The notes under the pieces: generated by a model | Told to the model about the DNA's origin: nothing | The model's database searches: none | Seen by the model: the letters and a program-made list of their open reading frames with translations, nothing else | Shown here: positions 51,009 to 62,000 of the stretch, piece by piece | How the letters are laid out: the number at the start of each line of letters is the position of its first letter | Position numbering within the stretch: position 1 is the first letter of the stretch | Translations under genes and position numbers: made by a program | Source of the DNA: a virus | IMG/VR virus record: IMGVR_UViG_3300033981_002321 | Location: 11,394 to 75,393 of that record | DNA: 64,000 nucleotides | Reading direction: 5' to 3' (one strand)

Positions 51009-52834
51009 CGCTGGCGCTGCCATCTAGGCGTGCTGCACTGCTGCCTGGCCGGTGGGTCAGCAACGACCTCTGGCGCCGCGCCCGTGCTGTGCCATCACTG
51101 TCCCTGCAGTTCGCCGCAACCCGCTCGATGGTCGATGTGATCTCTGGGCGGAACTTGATCACGCACACCAGGCTGAGTGGTGCCACGACCATCAACGAGC
51201 TGGGGCGGGTTGCGCCTGCGGTGACGAATCTGCTGCTGCAGTCCGAAGATTTTACAACGACATGGCTGACGGGTAATTATGTCGTTACACCTAATGCGGC
51301 AATAGCGCCATCGGGCTTGCTAACGGCTGACAAGCTCGTCAGAGACACAGTTGTTACGGCAACGAGCGCATCGCAAAGCGTCGCATGTCTCGCAAATACG
51401 ACATCCACTCTCAGCTGTTTTGTCAAGGCAGCTGAATGGTCAAAGTTCGGACTCAGGGAAGGGTTCGCTACGGGAAACTATGTAACTTTTGACCTTGTTA
51501 CTGCGTCAGTCATATCCTCTAGCGGAGCCACCGGGACCATCACGGCCTTCCCAGATGGGTGGTATCGCGTGGCAATGCAAATGACAACCCAGGTGGGGCA
51601 GACAACCTTTGGAGCCAGGATCAACCCACTCCCTAATTCCTATGTAAGCGGCACGCCTTTGTATGGTTTCGCGGGTGATAACACCTCCGGCCTATTCGTC
51701 TGGGGCGCCCAACTAGAGCAATCCGCCACCATGGGCGAATACGTCCCCACTGGTGCAAGCATCAACAGCGCACCCAGGATCACCCACGACCCGGTGACGC
51801 TGGAGTGCTTGGGGTTCCTGCCGGAGGAGCAGAAGGCGAATCTGACACCTAGAAGTGAAGAGTTTAATGATGCAACGTGGGTAAAAGCTAGGGCTTCAAT
51901 TACGGCCAATGCCGCCGCGTCCCCCAGCGGAGCGATTACGGCAGACAAATTAGTAGAAGACAATACCGCTAATAATACGCACGTTGCCGTCCAAGTCTTT
52001 ACGTTTGCTGCAACAACGTATACGCTATCTATTTTTGCAAAAGCTGCTGAACGTTCATGGGTGCGCCTATTTGCATTTGACGGAGTAACGAACTTTGGCT
52101 GTTACTTCAATCTTTCGGCAGGCACCGTAGGAACCGCAGTCGCCTCTACGGGCTTCATTAGCCCACTCGCAAATGGTTGGTTCCGATGCGTAATGACGTT
52201 TACAGCCGCAGCGGGAACAGGGACTTATGCGGCTCGCCTGGCGACAGGAGACGGGGCGGACGTTTATACCGGCGACGGCACTTCCGGCCTATTCGTCTGG
52301 GGCGCCCAACTAGAGGTCGGCGGCCTGACCAGCTACATCCCAACAGCCGGAAGCTCTGTCGTGCGTGCCGCTGATGCGGTGTCAATCACGGGGGCGAACT
52401 TCAGTAGCTGGTATCGGCAGGATGAGGGGACGATCTATGTAGATGGCCGCAGGAGTGACCTAAACCACACCGCATCTGCATGGTTCCTGGCAATGTCAAC
52501 AGGGGTTGCAACGACAAGGCTACAGCTTGGCTTTGATTTCCCCGCAAACGGAAATTATGCCATCGTGTCCTCAGGCACTCTTCAAGGTGATGTCTATCCT
52601 TTGGTAAACACTTTAGTTCGGCGAGCAGCGGCAGCGTATTCAAATAATTGCGCGGTTTCGTACAACGGGGCATCGCCATCCTCCTTTGCGGCTGCAAGCC
52701 TAGGCGCCTATTCACGAATGGATATTGGCGCTTACGTCAATTCGGCCAGCGGCTGGCTCAACGGCCCCATCGCCCGCCTCGATTACTGGCCCCGCCGCCC
52801 GCCTAATAGCATCCTTCAGGAGCTATCCCGATGA
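51005..52834 (+). CDS. Spike/fibre protein with two tandem carbohydrate-binding-like domains
   Basis: Twice 'NL...SE.F...W......NA...P.G..TADKLV...GW.R...SGLFVWGAQLE'; 'TSYIPT..S.V.RAAD'. Confidence 0.8.
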   Translation: MTLALPSRRAALLPGRWVSNDLWRRARAVPSLSLQFAATRSMVDVISGRNLITHTRLSGATTINELGRVAPAVTNLLLQSEDFTTTWLTGNYVVTPNAAIAPSGLLTADKLVRDTVVTATSASQSVACLANTTSTLSCFVKAAEWSKFGLREGFATGNYVTFDLVTASVISSSGATGTITAFPDGWYRVAMQMTTQVGQTTFGARINPLPNSYVSGTPLYGFAGDNTSGLFVWGAQLEQSATMGEYVPTGASINSAPRITHDPVTLECLGFLPEEQKANLTPRSEEFNDATWVKARASITANAAASPSGAITADKLVEDNTANNTHVAVQVFTFAATTYTLSIFAKAAERSWVRLFAFDGVTNFGCYFNLSAGTVGTAVASTGFISPLANGWFRCVMTFTAAAGTGTYAARLATGDGADVYTGDGTSGLFVWGAQLEVGGLTSYIPTAGSSVVRAADAVSITGANFSSWYRQDEGTIYVDGRRSDLNHTASAWFLAMSTGVATTRLQLGFDFPANGNYAIVSSGTLQGDVYPLVNTLVRRAAAAYSNNCAVSYNGASPSSFAAASLGAYSRMDIGAYVNSASGWLNGPIARLDYWPRRPPNSILQELSR

Positions 52835-53339
52835 GCTTCTATTGCTACCGCTTCCCCACCCGCAACCAATTCCGCACCCTCGCCGCCGCCGAGGGCCTGA
52901 TCACCGATGACGGCGAGCTGATCACCGCCAGTCACACCCACAGCCTCGATGAGGTCGGCACCATCCACGAAGGCGGCGAATACGGCCCCGATGGCGAGGT
53001 GATCACCCCGCCCGTTGCGCTCTCCGGCTGGCATGTGAACACCATCGGCCTAGCCCCTGAGGCATGGGACCAGTATCTGGTGGTGGTGAACTCTCCGGCC
53101 CGCGTGTTTCTCGGCGGCCCCACCCAGGCCCCCGATGACGCCACCCTGGAGGCCATGAATCAATGACCAATCCATATCTGCGTGCTGCTCAGAAGTTCCC
53201 CGCCCTCCGCCAGCAGGCCGCCGAGCGCCTCAGCAAGCGGCCCGATCACGCAGGCCGCCCGATCATCCCCGAGGTGGTCGAGGATCGCCCCCAGCCGCCA
53301 GCAGCGCCCGGCAAGAAGTCCAAGCCTGGGCAGCATTGA
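52831..53339 (+). other. Fibre-associated small genes 52831-53166 and 53163-53339
   Basis: ATGA-coupled, GC-rich like the fibre gene. Confidence 0.65.
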
Positions 53340-53494
53340 TGATCGGTGCCTACCGCAGTGCCGCCTTTGCGCAGAATCCACTAAACCATCTGGCTGCGCA
53401 AAGGCTTGACTGGGCTAATCGCTGGCACGGTTCACATTGAACCCATTGTCTTGAGATTCTTTCTGGCTAGCCTGATCGTAGGCAGTAAAAGAAG

Positions 53495-54381
53495 ATGGCG
53501 ATTCAGCCTGCAAAGTGGAATATTTCCCTTCAGCGAAGAGCGGCATGGAGGTATTATGTTGAGCTTCTTGATGAAGCTGATAATCCTATTGACTTGACTG
53601 GGGCAAGTGTTTATTCTCAGATTTGGGATAAAGACAGAGATACTAAGTATGCTGATTTTTCAATTGAATACATTAATCGCTCGCTTGGAAAGTTTTACTG
53701 GATGCTGGCAGCGGCTGATTCTATCAATCTTCCGTGTGAATGCTTTTATGACATGTTGCTTGTTGACTCACTCTCGACCCCCTATTATTTAGTGGAAGGC
53801 CTTGCCTTTGTTTCTGAGGGCTATACGTCACCATGACTCAATCTGCAAGCATTGAAAGCGCAATAGGGCAGCCGAAGATTATTCTGCGTGTTCCTGGGAT
53901 TGCCGGCCCTCCAAGCCCTGCTCCTACAAAAGAAGTTGGGGTAATGTATCTCAAAAACAACACAACCCCTACTGGGATTCCCTCTGTCAATGCAAGAGCG
54001 GTTGTTAATGGAACAATGCAGACTGGGACCTTGCTAAACTTCGCCAAGGACACTGGCACCAATTCTTTGAGATACTTGGGACCAGGGGGCCTCTTTCATG
54101 TAATTGCAACTTTTAGCTTTAGGGATGGCTCTCAAAATGTTTGCGGTTTTTATATTGGGAGGAATCAGGACATTTCCTCTCCCTTGGACCCGAATGCCGA
54201 CAGGATCTCTGAATCTGAAATCTACTGCAACTCTGGTTCATCCTCTAATCAGCCAAGGACTGCTGCTATTCAAACCATTTGCCAGCTCAATACAGATGAT
54301 CGACTGTTTTTCATAGTGCAAAACCAAACGGCTGCCGTACCAATAACTGTAGAATTTCTGAAGTTTGTTGCAATTGGGTGA
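53495..54381 (+). other. Virion genes 53495-53836 (BppU-N-like, 'IDLTG....Q') and 53833-54381
   Basis: Motif and tail-module position. Confidence 0.6.
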
Positions 54382-54467
54382 TCGATCTGTCGGCATTTCC
54401 GCTTGCTCGACTTGAGTTCTTTTCTTCCCTGAGGTAGACTTTTAGGGAAAGTTGCCCCGATTAATTC

Positions 54468-54845
54468 ATGGCCGCCACTCCGACCAGTCCCTCTACCGGC
54501 TCCATGCGGGCCATTGACCGCCTGCGCAAAGCGGCAAACTTTGAGCCCATCAAGCAGTCCGTACTGCTTGCAAGTGGTGACGAGCTGGAGTTTTATGTCA
54601 CGCCTTTGACGACAGCCGAACGGGAGAAGGCTCAGAAAAATGCTAAATCTGATAGCACTAACGACTACGCCCTGCAACTTCTGATTCTGAAAGCCAAGGA
54701 TGAGAATGGGCAGCCTCTTTTCCGCCCCGGCGATGCTGCAATTCTCAAACAGGAAGTTGAGGATGAAATTCTTCAGCAGATGATCTTGAAAGTTCTCCGC
54801 CCTGACGAAGAAGGGGAGGTTGAGACGGATCTGAAAAGCAGCTGA
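54468..54845 (+). CDS. Tail assembly chaperone (gpG-like)
   Basis: Upstream of the tape measure; 'PLT.AERE.AQK...A.DENG..LF'. Confidence 0.8.
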   Translation: MAATPTSPSTGSMRAIDRLRKAANFEPIKQSVLLASGDELEFYVTPLTTAEREKAQKNAKSDSTNDYALQLLILKAKDENGQPLFRPGDAAILKQEVEDEILQQMILKVLRPDEEGEVETDLKSS

Positions 54846-55029
54846 GGCTGAGCTAGAGAAAGACACAAGGCTCTTCTTTCAGTTGCAACTGGCAGAAGAA
54901 CTTAAGATGACTCTTTCTCAGCTCAAAGATGCCGTAACAGAAGAAGAGCTAATTTTGTGGCAGTTGTATTATTCTATCAAAGGCAAAAGACAGAAAGCCG
55001 AGATGGAGAAGATCAAGAAACGCCGCTAG
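54835..55029 (+). CDS. gpT-like extension in the +1 frame (probable frameshift product)
   Basis: KAAEAELEKDTRLFFQLQLAEELKMTLSQL...EEL..W..YY...RR*, a typical gpGT C-terminus. Confidence 0.65.
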   Translation, partial: KAAEAELEKDTRLFFQLQLAEELKMTLSQLKDAVTEEELILWQLYYSIKGKRQKAEMEKIKKRR

Positions 55030-55089
55030 CCTGACCGGGGCCAGCGGCTTTTTCATGCCTAGACTGTTAGCACGAGGAACTGTCGAGGC

Positions 55090-58000
55090 ATGGCTAGCTA
55101 TCAGGCGATTATTGATCTTATCGTCAATGGCCAGACCGAGGTTGACAGAGTAATTCGTAGCACCGATCAACTTGCTGCTGCGATTGGAAGAATCAATAGC
55201 AGGCCGCTTGAGTTACAACCGGGAAGAGCGCAGCAATCTGTTGAAAGACTTACAAGAAGTCTTCAAGGAATTGACCGTCAAGTAGAGCAGGCGGCAGCCC
55301 ACCTCACTCCACTGAGAAATAACTTTCAGGCAGTGTCAAGAGAGGCTGGCACTCTTGATAGGGCGCTGCAAAGAAATAGTAGGAGTCTAGAGGTAAATAG
55401 AAGGCAGTCTCAGATTTATGGAAATGCCGTAAGGAATGCAGCCGCAGGCTCTGAAGAACTCCAAAGAGCCTCATTTCGCCATTCGTTAGTTGTTGGGCGA
55501 ATCAGCAGATTAACCGAGCAGCAAACTCAGCTCGAACGCAGGAGGGCGGCAGTTGACGCCAGGATGACCTACCAGCTCCGTCAAATGGCGGGGGCTGAAG
55601 CCGATCTCGCCGAGGCTCAGGAAAGGCGGGGGCAGGCTTTTCAGGATCGAGAGAGCGCACGAGGCCTGCAGGCTCAAATCCAATTTGCAGATCGCCTGGC
55701 AAGGTCCTACATGAATGCAGAGGCTGCTCAGCAGCGTGCGGCCAGGGGGCTTCGAGATGCTGGACTTGATGACTTGGCCGGTCGTATTGGAGCAGTGCAG
55801 TCAACTGCTGGACTGCGTTCTGAAATTCAATTTTTTGACAGCCTCGCTTCTAGCGTTGCAACTAACACAGAGGCTTTCAAAAGGTTCACCATTGCCTCTC
55901 GTGCAGCGTCTCAGAGCCTTGCTGAGGTAAACAGAAACAGATTGGCAATTCTGGCAGAGGCTTTCACGCCCCCAGATCGACCTGTCATGGGGCCAGGGGG
56001 GACGCTGGTTGAGCCTCCCATCGCCGGAAGGCCGCTTGAGCCTGGTCAGCGCCCGCGCACCAGCAATGAGGCGAGGCGAGGCACGAGTGGCAGGGCCTTG
56101 AGCAATGAAGAGGTTTCGAGAACCAGGCAGGAGGTTGATCGGTTAATCAACAGCTTCAACGAAGTTCCTAGAAGTGAGGCAGGTCTCAGGGATTACATTG
56201 AAAGACTTGGCGAGCTGAGAAGTGTTGTAACTTTTACGTCTGAGGCTTACAGAAGGCTCGCACAGCAGCAGCGAATTGCCGGCGACCTCCTTGAGACTGC
56301 TGCTTCATTGCAGCGCCCAGGTGCAATGCAGGGGCCGGGTCAGCTTGCGGCAACAACTGGCCCCGCCTCACTGATTGAGGCTCCCGAAAACAGACTGAAG
56401 CGACAACTGTTTTATGAAAAAACCAGAGAAGATATTCTTTCTAGGCTTGTTGCATTTGAGAACAATATTAACGAGGCTGATCTGACTCAAGTTCAGAGAA
56501 CTCAGCTTCAGATTCGCCTTGATGAAGCGTTGCTTGCACTGGATCAAAACAGACTTGATGTTGCCAGGCGGCTCACGAGAGAGGGCGAACAGGCCAGGAT
56601 GTCAACCGAGAGAGAGAACAGAAGGAACAGAATCACGGGCGGGCCAATGAGGGCTGGGGGGCCTGGGGAGACCATTGCTTCTATTGACGCCCCTCAGAAG
56701 GTTCAGGAAATACTGAGGCAGACGACAACTCTGCAGCTCTACCTAAACAAGCTTGCGTCGGAAGGGGTTGACGTAACTCTGCAGCAGTCTGCGGCGCAAA
56801 ATCTGATCAATGAGATTTCCGCTCAGGGGCTTCAGCTGTCCGATCGTTTTGTCAAGGCAAAGAGAGATGAACTTTCGGCAATCAGAGAGATTACAAAACA
56901 GGAAAAAATAAGGCAGACAGGTGGACTTGATCCAGAGGTTCTGGAGGGTCGCGTGCAACGCCTTCTCGGCAGGACGATAGGCCTTGAGAGTAAGGCTATT
57001 TCGTTGCAAGAGAAAGGGGCGACGAACGCCGATCAGCTGCGCTTGGAGGTTCAGCAGAAAATAAACGCACTGAAGCAACTTGAGGGCAATATTACGAGTC
57101 AAAACGCTGATGCTGTGGCTAACGATCTTCGACTGTTGCTGAAGAGCATAAATGAAATAAGCAATGCCCTTGGTGAAGCAAGGAACCAGGTTTCACAAGT
57201 TGCAGCTCTTACCGGCTTTGAGGGAAGCTTCCAGAAGCTTCAGACCTCATTTGCCGAAACCGGATCATTCTTCCAGAATGTCTCGCCAGAAGAAGCTATT
57301 GATAAAATTGTCAGGCAGTTCACCCCATCCCTTGCTGGCACTACCGGCCTTGCAGCTCTTGAGCAGCTCGAAAAACCTGCAAAGCTCTCCTCTCAAAAAC
57401 TGACCCTTCTCGCCTCTGGCCTGCAAGAGCTTGCCGCTCAAATTGATCCACTTGTGCCTGGAGCGAAAAGACTTCTCAAGGAGATGAATGGGGTTTCTGC
57501 CTCGCTTCAGAACGAACAGGCTGGTCGCGCCCCTGACGCTGACTTCCTGGTCCGCCTCACCAAGAACCCACGCTTGGCTGCTGGTATCAGCGAGGGCCTA
57601 ATCGGTGGCGCTTTCCCGCTGCTGTTTGGGCAGGGGGTCGGCGCTGCAGCCGGTGGTGGCATTGGTGGCTTTGCCGGTGGTTATGCCGGTGGCGCCCTGG
57701 GCTTTGGTCTGTCGCTGATTGGTACGGCGATCGGCTCTGCAGTTGATACCACTGTCAACAACCTGAAGGCACTCGCCTCAAGTCTGAAAGAGCCAACGGC
57801 GGCGCTTGAGGCGATGAAGACCGCTGGCCTGAAAGTTGACTCAGGACTTCAAGATCTTGTTGACCGACTGGAGACTGTTGGCAACGCGGCTGCTGCGCAA
57901 GCGATTGTTTTTGCCGAGCTTGAGAAGCAGCTTGGCCCTGGAGCCGCAAAACGGCTGAATGCACTTTCAGAGGAACAGAAAAAACTTGACGAGATAAATC

Positions 58001-61000
58001 AGAAGCTCTATGCAGCTCTTTCCTCCGAGATGCTTCCACTGCTTACTGGAACAATCTCGATCATAAATGACTTTGCTGCCGCTCTTCAAAGAATTGCCTC
58101 CATAGACGTACCCGACTGGGTTAAAAACGTTGGAGGTGCTGCATTTAACGTTGCATCTGTCGTTAATCCCGGTTTTGGTCTCTCTAGGGCTCAATTTGAA
58201 AACGCAAGAAAGCGTGGCCAGGAGGCCGCAGAAAGGGCTGGTACTCCACCGCTCACTCAAGAAGGTCAGAGAAAGCAGGAATTGCTGCCATTTCAGCAAA
58301 CTACTGCTGCTCTCTCTGCCGGCCTTGAAGCGTCAGACATTGCTAAAAAGTACACTGATGCAATCAAAACTGCAGCAGAGGAACAAGAAAGCTTAGACGA
58401 GCAAAGATTTGAGCTGATCGAATCTTACGAAAAATCAATTGCCGATATTAGAAGAGGGGTTGAGCAAAGAATCACTCAAGAGCGACTGTCTGTTATTGCT
58501 AAAGAAAACGAGCTGTTTGCGGCTCAAGGAGAAGTTCGCCTTCAACAGCTGCGCAATGCAAATGCCGAACTGAGAGCTACCGTCTTCGGCAACGAGATTG
58601 GGCAACAGCTTATTGATGCTGTTTCTGAATTTACAGAAAAACAGCTTTCGACTGAGAACGAGGTTGCAAATCGTCGTCGCTCTCTTGAGCTAGAGCTTGA
58701 ATCCAAGCGAATTGAGATCGAGCAATACAGGATTGATGTTGCGAAGCAAGTTAGCGATCTAAATCTCTCAACTCAAAAACAGGTTGAGAAAATTAACGAC
58801 GGGATTCTGAAGAAAAACCAAGCCTATGACAGGAGTCGCTTTGAGATTGAAAAGCGCATCAATATCAATAATCTTGAGATCAAGAGACTGGAGGCGAAAC
58901 AGCAAGAAAATCTGTTTAGAGGGGCTGCCAACAATAGCAATCCGGCCATCGCCAAACAAAATCGCGAACTGGCTGATCTTTACGCCAATCAAGCCACTTT
59001 TATCGAAGCTCAAAAGAATGCCGTGAAGAGCTTTGCTCCGCCCCCACAGCTTTCTTTCGGGTCGGTAAGCGCTAGTGCTTCTGTTTCTACTGCTGGGCTT
59101 GACACTGTTGCCGCTCGCGGCAAGCAACTCGCAACGGCTATTGCAAGTGTTCAGAACGAGCTGTCTTCACTTGTATCAAGTGGTGACTTCATCGGATTCA
59201 ATGCTCGCCTCAAGGAGATTGCGGACCAAGGCGTCACTGGACTTATCAATCAGTTCGAGCAGCTCAGGGGCGAGTTGAGCAACGATCCGCTGGGGGCTCA
59301 ATTTGCAAAAATCGGAGAGGCGTTTGAGGCTGTTTCAAAGGCTCCCGAAATAGCTCCCTACAAAGAGCTTGTTCTTGAGTACCAAAGGCTCGCGGAGGCC
59401 AACGTAAAACTTGGTGCATCGCTTGAGTTCTTCCTTGAGAAAGGGGGTCAGCAGTCCTCTCAGCTTGATTCACTGCGAGTTGAAATCAACTCTGCCATCA
59501 GCGGCACCACGGAGCTTGAGAAAGCCATGATGGATCTTACTCAGAGAGGTATTAGTCCCGCCTCTGAAGAGTTTAAGATTCTCACAGAAAATGCAGCAAA
59601 GCTTGACATGCTGCAACAAAAGCTTCAGGTCATCAACAACTTCAAGACTGCTTCGTCTGAGCTGACTCTCTCACTGCGCGGATTGATCGAAGGCTTCTAC
59701 GAGCTTGGTAGCGCCTCTGAGGCCGTCAAGAGAGTGGGTGAAGAGCTGGGGCGTAAGAGTCTTGGCTTTGTGCTTGACATTGCTTTTAAGCCCGTTGAGC
59801 AGGCTATGCAGAAAACGATGTTTGACCTTGCTGGCAAGCTTGGTTTTGACATCAAGCCAGAACAGTTGCAACAGCTTGAAGAAATCAAAATACTGAAAGA
59901 TCTTGTTGCGAGCATTGAAAGAGAGATTGTGAAAAAGCAGGGCGCAGTCGTTCCAACGACTCTTGGGGTGGGGGTGCCCGCCTCAGAGAAAATACTGACA
60001 GAGGAACAGCTGAGGGTTCAGGGCCTGGTCAGGGGGCTTGGCTCACAAATACAGAAACGAGTCGAGGAGGTTTCAGGCAGTTCCGAACTTGAGACGCTAA
60101 GGGGAGCGCTGAAGGGCGAGGTCAACCTATTGCTCCCCCCGGCTGACATAAATCCAAATCAGTTCAGACTGATAAAGGAAGGTGCTCTCAGCGAAGTAGA
60201 CAGGCAGATTAATGAAAAAATCCAAAAACTATATCCCCAGTTACCGCCCTCTCAACAGCTACCGCCCCAGTCTTCCCTCCCCAGCGCCTTCACCGGCATT
60301 GGCGGGCCGAACGGTCAGTCGCACGAAATTCTTAAAACAAAAGCAGATCAACTTTTTCTTGATTTTGCTTTTGAGACCTATGAAAAGGTTGAGGCAGCCC
60401 TCGGTGAAACGGTGCAGAAAATTCAAACAATGTCTGAGCTTGGATTGTACAGGGAAAAGCAGTTTAATGCGATCGGAAATTTCCTGAGCAGCGTGCCAGA
60501 CGAGGCGAGGCCCGCCATGACCGTTGACATAGAAAGAATAATAGAAACAGCCATCTCAAAACGCGCTTCTGAAATTTCTGCTGGTCCAGCCATTGTTGCC
60601 CCTTCGCCCGAGTCAGCGGTTGCCCCGGCCGCCAAATCGATGCAGTTGATTAATGAGTATACGGTCGATTCGGCCCAGCTAACCGGAGAAGCAGCACAAA
60701 AAATACAAGAAAGCAATCAGAAGATAGGGGGCATTGTTCCGCAATGGGGCAAGAACCTTGGACAGGTCGTAACAGGTCTAAGCCTCGCCTCCTCTGCTGT
60801 TATTGGAATCGTGGGCGGCATTCAAAACATACAAAAGGGCGGGGCTGGAAACGTACTCAGCGGCATTGGCTCGGTCCTAACAACCGTTGGCAGCATTGGC
60901 ATGAGTGTCGCTGGATTTATGAAGCCTTCTGGCTTTGGGGGTCCCGCCGCCGCCGGAAATAATCCATGGACTAGCGCAGTCCAGGGAGTTATCAAAAACG

Positions 61001-61533
61001 CAAACGGAAACGCATTTCAGAATGGCGAGTTGATGAAATTTGCCAATGGCGGAATTCTGCAGTCCCCTACACTGTTCAGTTTTGAGAGCGCCGGGGTGAC
61101 CCGTACCGGACAGGCCGGTGAGGCGGGAACAGAGGCGATCATGCCGCTCAAGCGGACCAAGGATGGGCGCCTGGGCGTCGAGGCGGACCTCTCCATCCCA
61201 TTCGAGGGTGGCAGCCTGATGGTGGACGAGGAGCCTCCCACGGCCCCCAGTGGCAGCAGCTCGATTCCTTTCCGCAGTCGCTCTGGCAACACGCAGCAGC
61301 AGCCTTTGAGCATTCCGTTCATGAGGGCTGATGTTGTATCTGCTGAGTTTGGTGGAGACGCCGGGGATGGGCCGATCAAGTTTGAATCAACAGTGATCAA
61401 CAATGTAGAATACGTGACCAGGGCAGAGGCGGAACAGATTGGACGTGCTTCGGCTGCCCGTGGGGCCGAATTGGCTCAGCGTCGCATTAAAAACAATCCA
61501 CAGGTTCGTCGTTCAATCGGGATGTCGCAGTAA
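55090..61533 (+). CDS. Tape measure protein (2147 aa)
   Basis: Long helical A/Q/E-rich protein, Gly-rich TM-like segment, C-terminal 'FANGG..SPTLF...GEAG.EAIMPL.R..DG.LGV'. Confidence 0.92.
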   Translation: MASYQAIIDLIVNGQTEVDRVIRSTDQLAAAIGRINSRPLELQPGRAQQSVERLTRSLQGIDRQVEQAAAHLTPLRNNFQAVSREAGTLDRALQRNSRSLEVNRRQSQIYGNAVRNAAAGSEELQRASFRHSLVVGRISRLTEQQTQLERRRAAVDARMTYQLRQMAGAEADLAEAQERRGQAFQDRESARGLQAQIQFADRLARSYMNAEAAQQRAARGLRDAGLDDLAGRIGAVQSTAGLRSEIQFFDSLASSVATNTEAFKRFTIASRAASQSLAEVNRNRLAILAEAFTPPDRPVMGPGGTLVEPPIAGRPLEPGQRPRTSNEARRGTSGRALSNEEVSRTRQEVDRLINSFNEVPRSEAGLRDYIERLGELRSVVTFTSEAYRRLAQQQRIAGDLLETAASLQRPGAMQGPGQLAATTGPASLIEAPENRLKRQLFYEKTREDILSRLVAFENNINEADLTQVQRTQLQIRLDEALLALDQNRLDVARRLTREGEQARMSTERENRRNRITGGPMRAGGPGETIASIDAPQKVQEILRQTTTLQLYLNKLASEGVDVTLQQSAAQNLINEISAQGLQLSDRFVKAKRDELSAIREITKQEKIRQTGGLDPEVLEGRVQRLLGRTIGLESKAISLQEKGATNADQLRLEVQQKINALKQLEGNITSQNADAVANDLRLLLKSINEISNALGEARNQVSQVAALTGFEGSFQKLQTSFAETGSFFQNVSPEEAIDKIVRQFTPSLAGTTGLAALEQLEKPAKLSSQKLTLLASGLQELAAQIDPLVPGAKRLLKEMNGVSASLQNEQAGRAPDADFLVRLTKNPRLAAGISEGLIGGAFPLLFGQGVGAAAGGGIGGFAGGYAGGALGFGLSLIGTAIGSAVDTTVNNLKALASSLKEPTAALEAMKTAGLKVDSGLQDLVDRLETVGNAAAAQAIVFAELEKQLGPGAAKRLNALSEEQKKLDEINQKLYAALSSEMLPLLTGTISIINDFAAALQRIASIDVPDWVKNVGGAAFNVASVVNPGFGLSRAQFENARKRGQEAAERAGTPPLTQEGQRKQELLPFQQTTAALSAGLEASDIAKKYTDAIKTAAEEQESLDEQRFELIESYEKSIADIRRGVEQRITQERLSVIAKENELFAAQGEVRLQQLRNANAELRATVFGNEIGQQLIDAVSEFTEKQLSTENEVANRRRSLELELESKRIEIEQYRIDVAKQVSDLNLSTQKQVEKINDGILKKNQAYDRSRFEIEKRININNLEIKRLEAKQQENLFRGAANNSNPAIAKQNRELADLYANQATFIEAQKNAVKSFAPPPQLSFGSVSASASVSTAGLDTVAARGKQLATAIASVQNELSSLVSSGDFIGFNARLKEIADQGVTGLINQFEQLRGELSNDPLGAQFAKIGEAFEAVSKAPEIAPYKELVLEYQRLAEANVKLGASLEFFLEKGGQQSSQLDSLRVEINSAISGTTELEKAMMDLTQRGISPASEEFKILTENAAKLDMLQQKLQVINNFKTASSELTLSLRGLIEGFYELGSASEAVKRVGEELGRKSLGFVLDIAFKPVEQAMQKTMFDLAGKLGFDIKPEQLQQLEEIKILKDLVASIEREIVKKQGAVVPTTLGVGVPASEKILTEEQLRVQGLVRGLGSQIQKRVEEVSGSSELETLRGALKGEVNLLLPPADINPNQFRLIKEGALSEVDRQINEKIQKLYPQLPPSQQLPPQSSLPSAFTGIGGPNGQSHEILKTKADQLFLDFAFETYEKVEAALGETVQKIQTMSELGLYREKQFNAIGNFLSSVPDEARPAMTVDIERIIETAISKRASEISAGPAIVAPSPESAVAPAAKSMQLINEYTVDSAQLTGEAAQKIQESNQKIGGIVPQWGKNLGQVVTGLSLASSAVIGIVGGIQNIQKGGAGNVLSGIGSVLTTVGSIGMSVAGFMKPSGFGGPAAAGNNPWTSAVQGVIKNANGNAFQNGELMKFANGGILQSPTLFSFESAGVTRTGQAGEAGTEAIMPLKRTKDGRLGVEADLSIPFEGGSLMVDEEPPTAPSGSSSIPFRSRSGNTQQQPLSIPFMRADVVSAEFGGDAGDGPIKFESTVINNVEYVTRAEAEQIGRASAARGAELAQRRIKNNPQVRRSIGMSQ

Positions 61534-62000
61534 TGGAACTATGTAACTTCATGCGATTCAAAAGCAGGGATGGAGTTTACACAAATTGGGCTGCTCAGAA
61601 TTTTTTCCCCGATCAGTCCAAGAGCTTTCAGGGGGCGTCCTATCGGTTTATACCAATAGCAGTTGCAACAAATGCTTCTACAAGGGGCGGTGATCGAGCA
61701 GAGGCGGCGATTAGCGCTCCAGCCGGCGAAATAACCAGCTCTGTTTTCAAAGAGGCAACAGATGAAGACTGGCTGCTAGAAATTAAAACCGCAAAAATAA
61801 ATAGATCCAGCTTCACTATTGACAATTTGCTTACCACTGAGATATGGGCCTGCTCCCAGGTTCAGTATGACATTTCTCAGAATGGAGTTGTACTTCAGCT
61901 TGCTTCGCCCCTTGATTCAGTGAGTCGAATTGGCGGAAGGTTTTTGTCTCAGTCTCTGGTTGGCGCACTTCCGACAAACGGAAACCTTGTGCTGCAATGA
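61533..62000 (+). CDS. Minor tail protein
   Basis: TAATG-coupled to the tape measure; 'L.L.SPLD.V...R.L...LVG.LP..G'. Confidence 0.7.
   Translation: MELCNFMRFKSRDGVYTNWAAQNFFPDQSKSFQGASYRFIPIAVATNASTRGGDRAEAAISAPAGEITSSVFKEATDEDWLLEIKTAKINRSSFTIDNLLTTEIWACSQVQYDISQNGVVLQLASPLDSVSRIGGRFLSQSLVGALPTNGNLVLQ

Noticed and set aside
51005-52834. Diversity-generating retroelement VR/TR in the fibre gene
   Set aside because: No reverse transcriptase in the window; the repeat is exact and short rather than adenine-variable.
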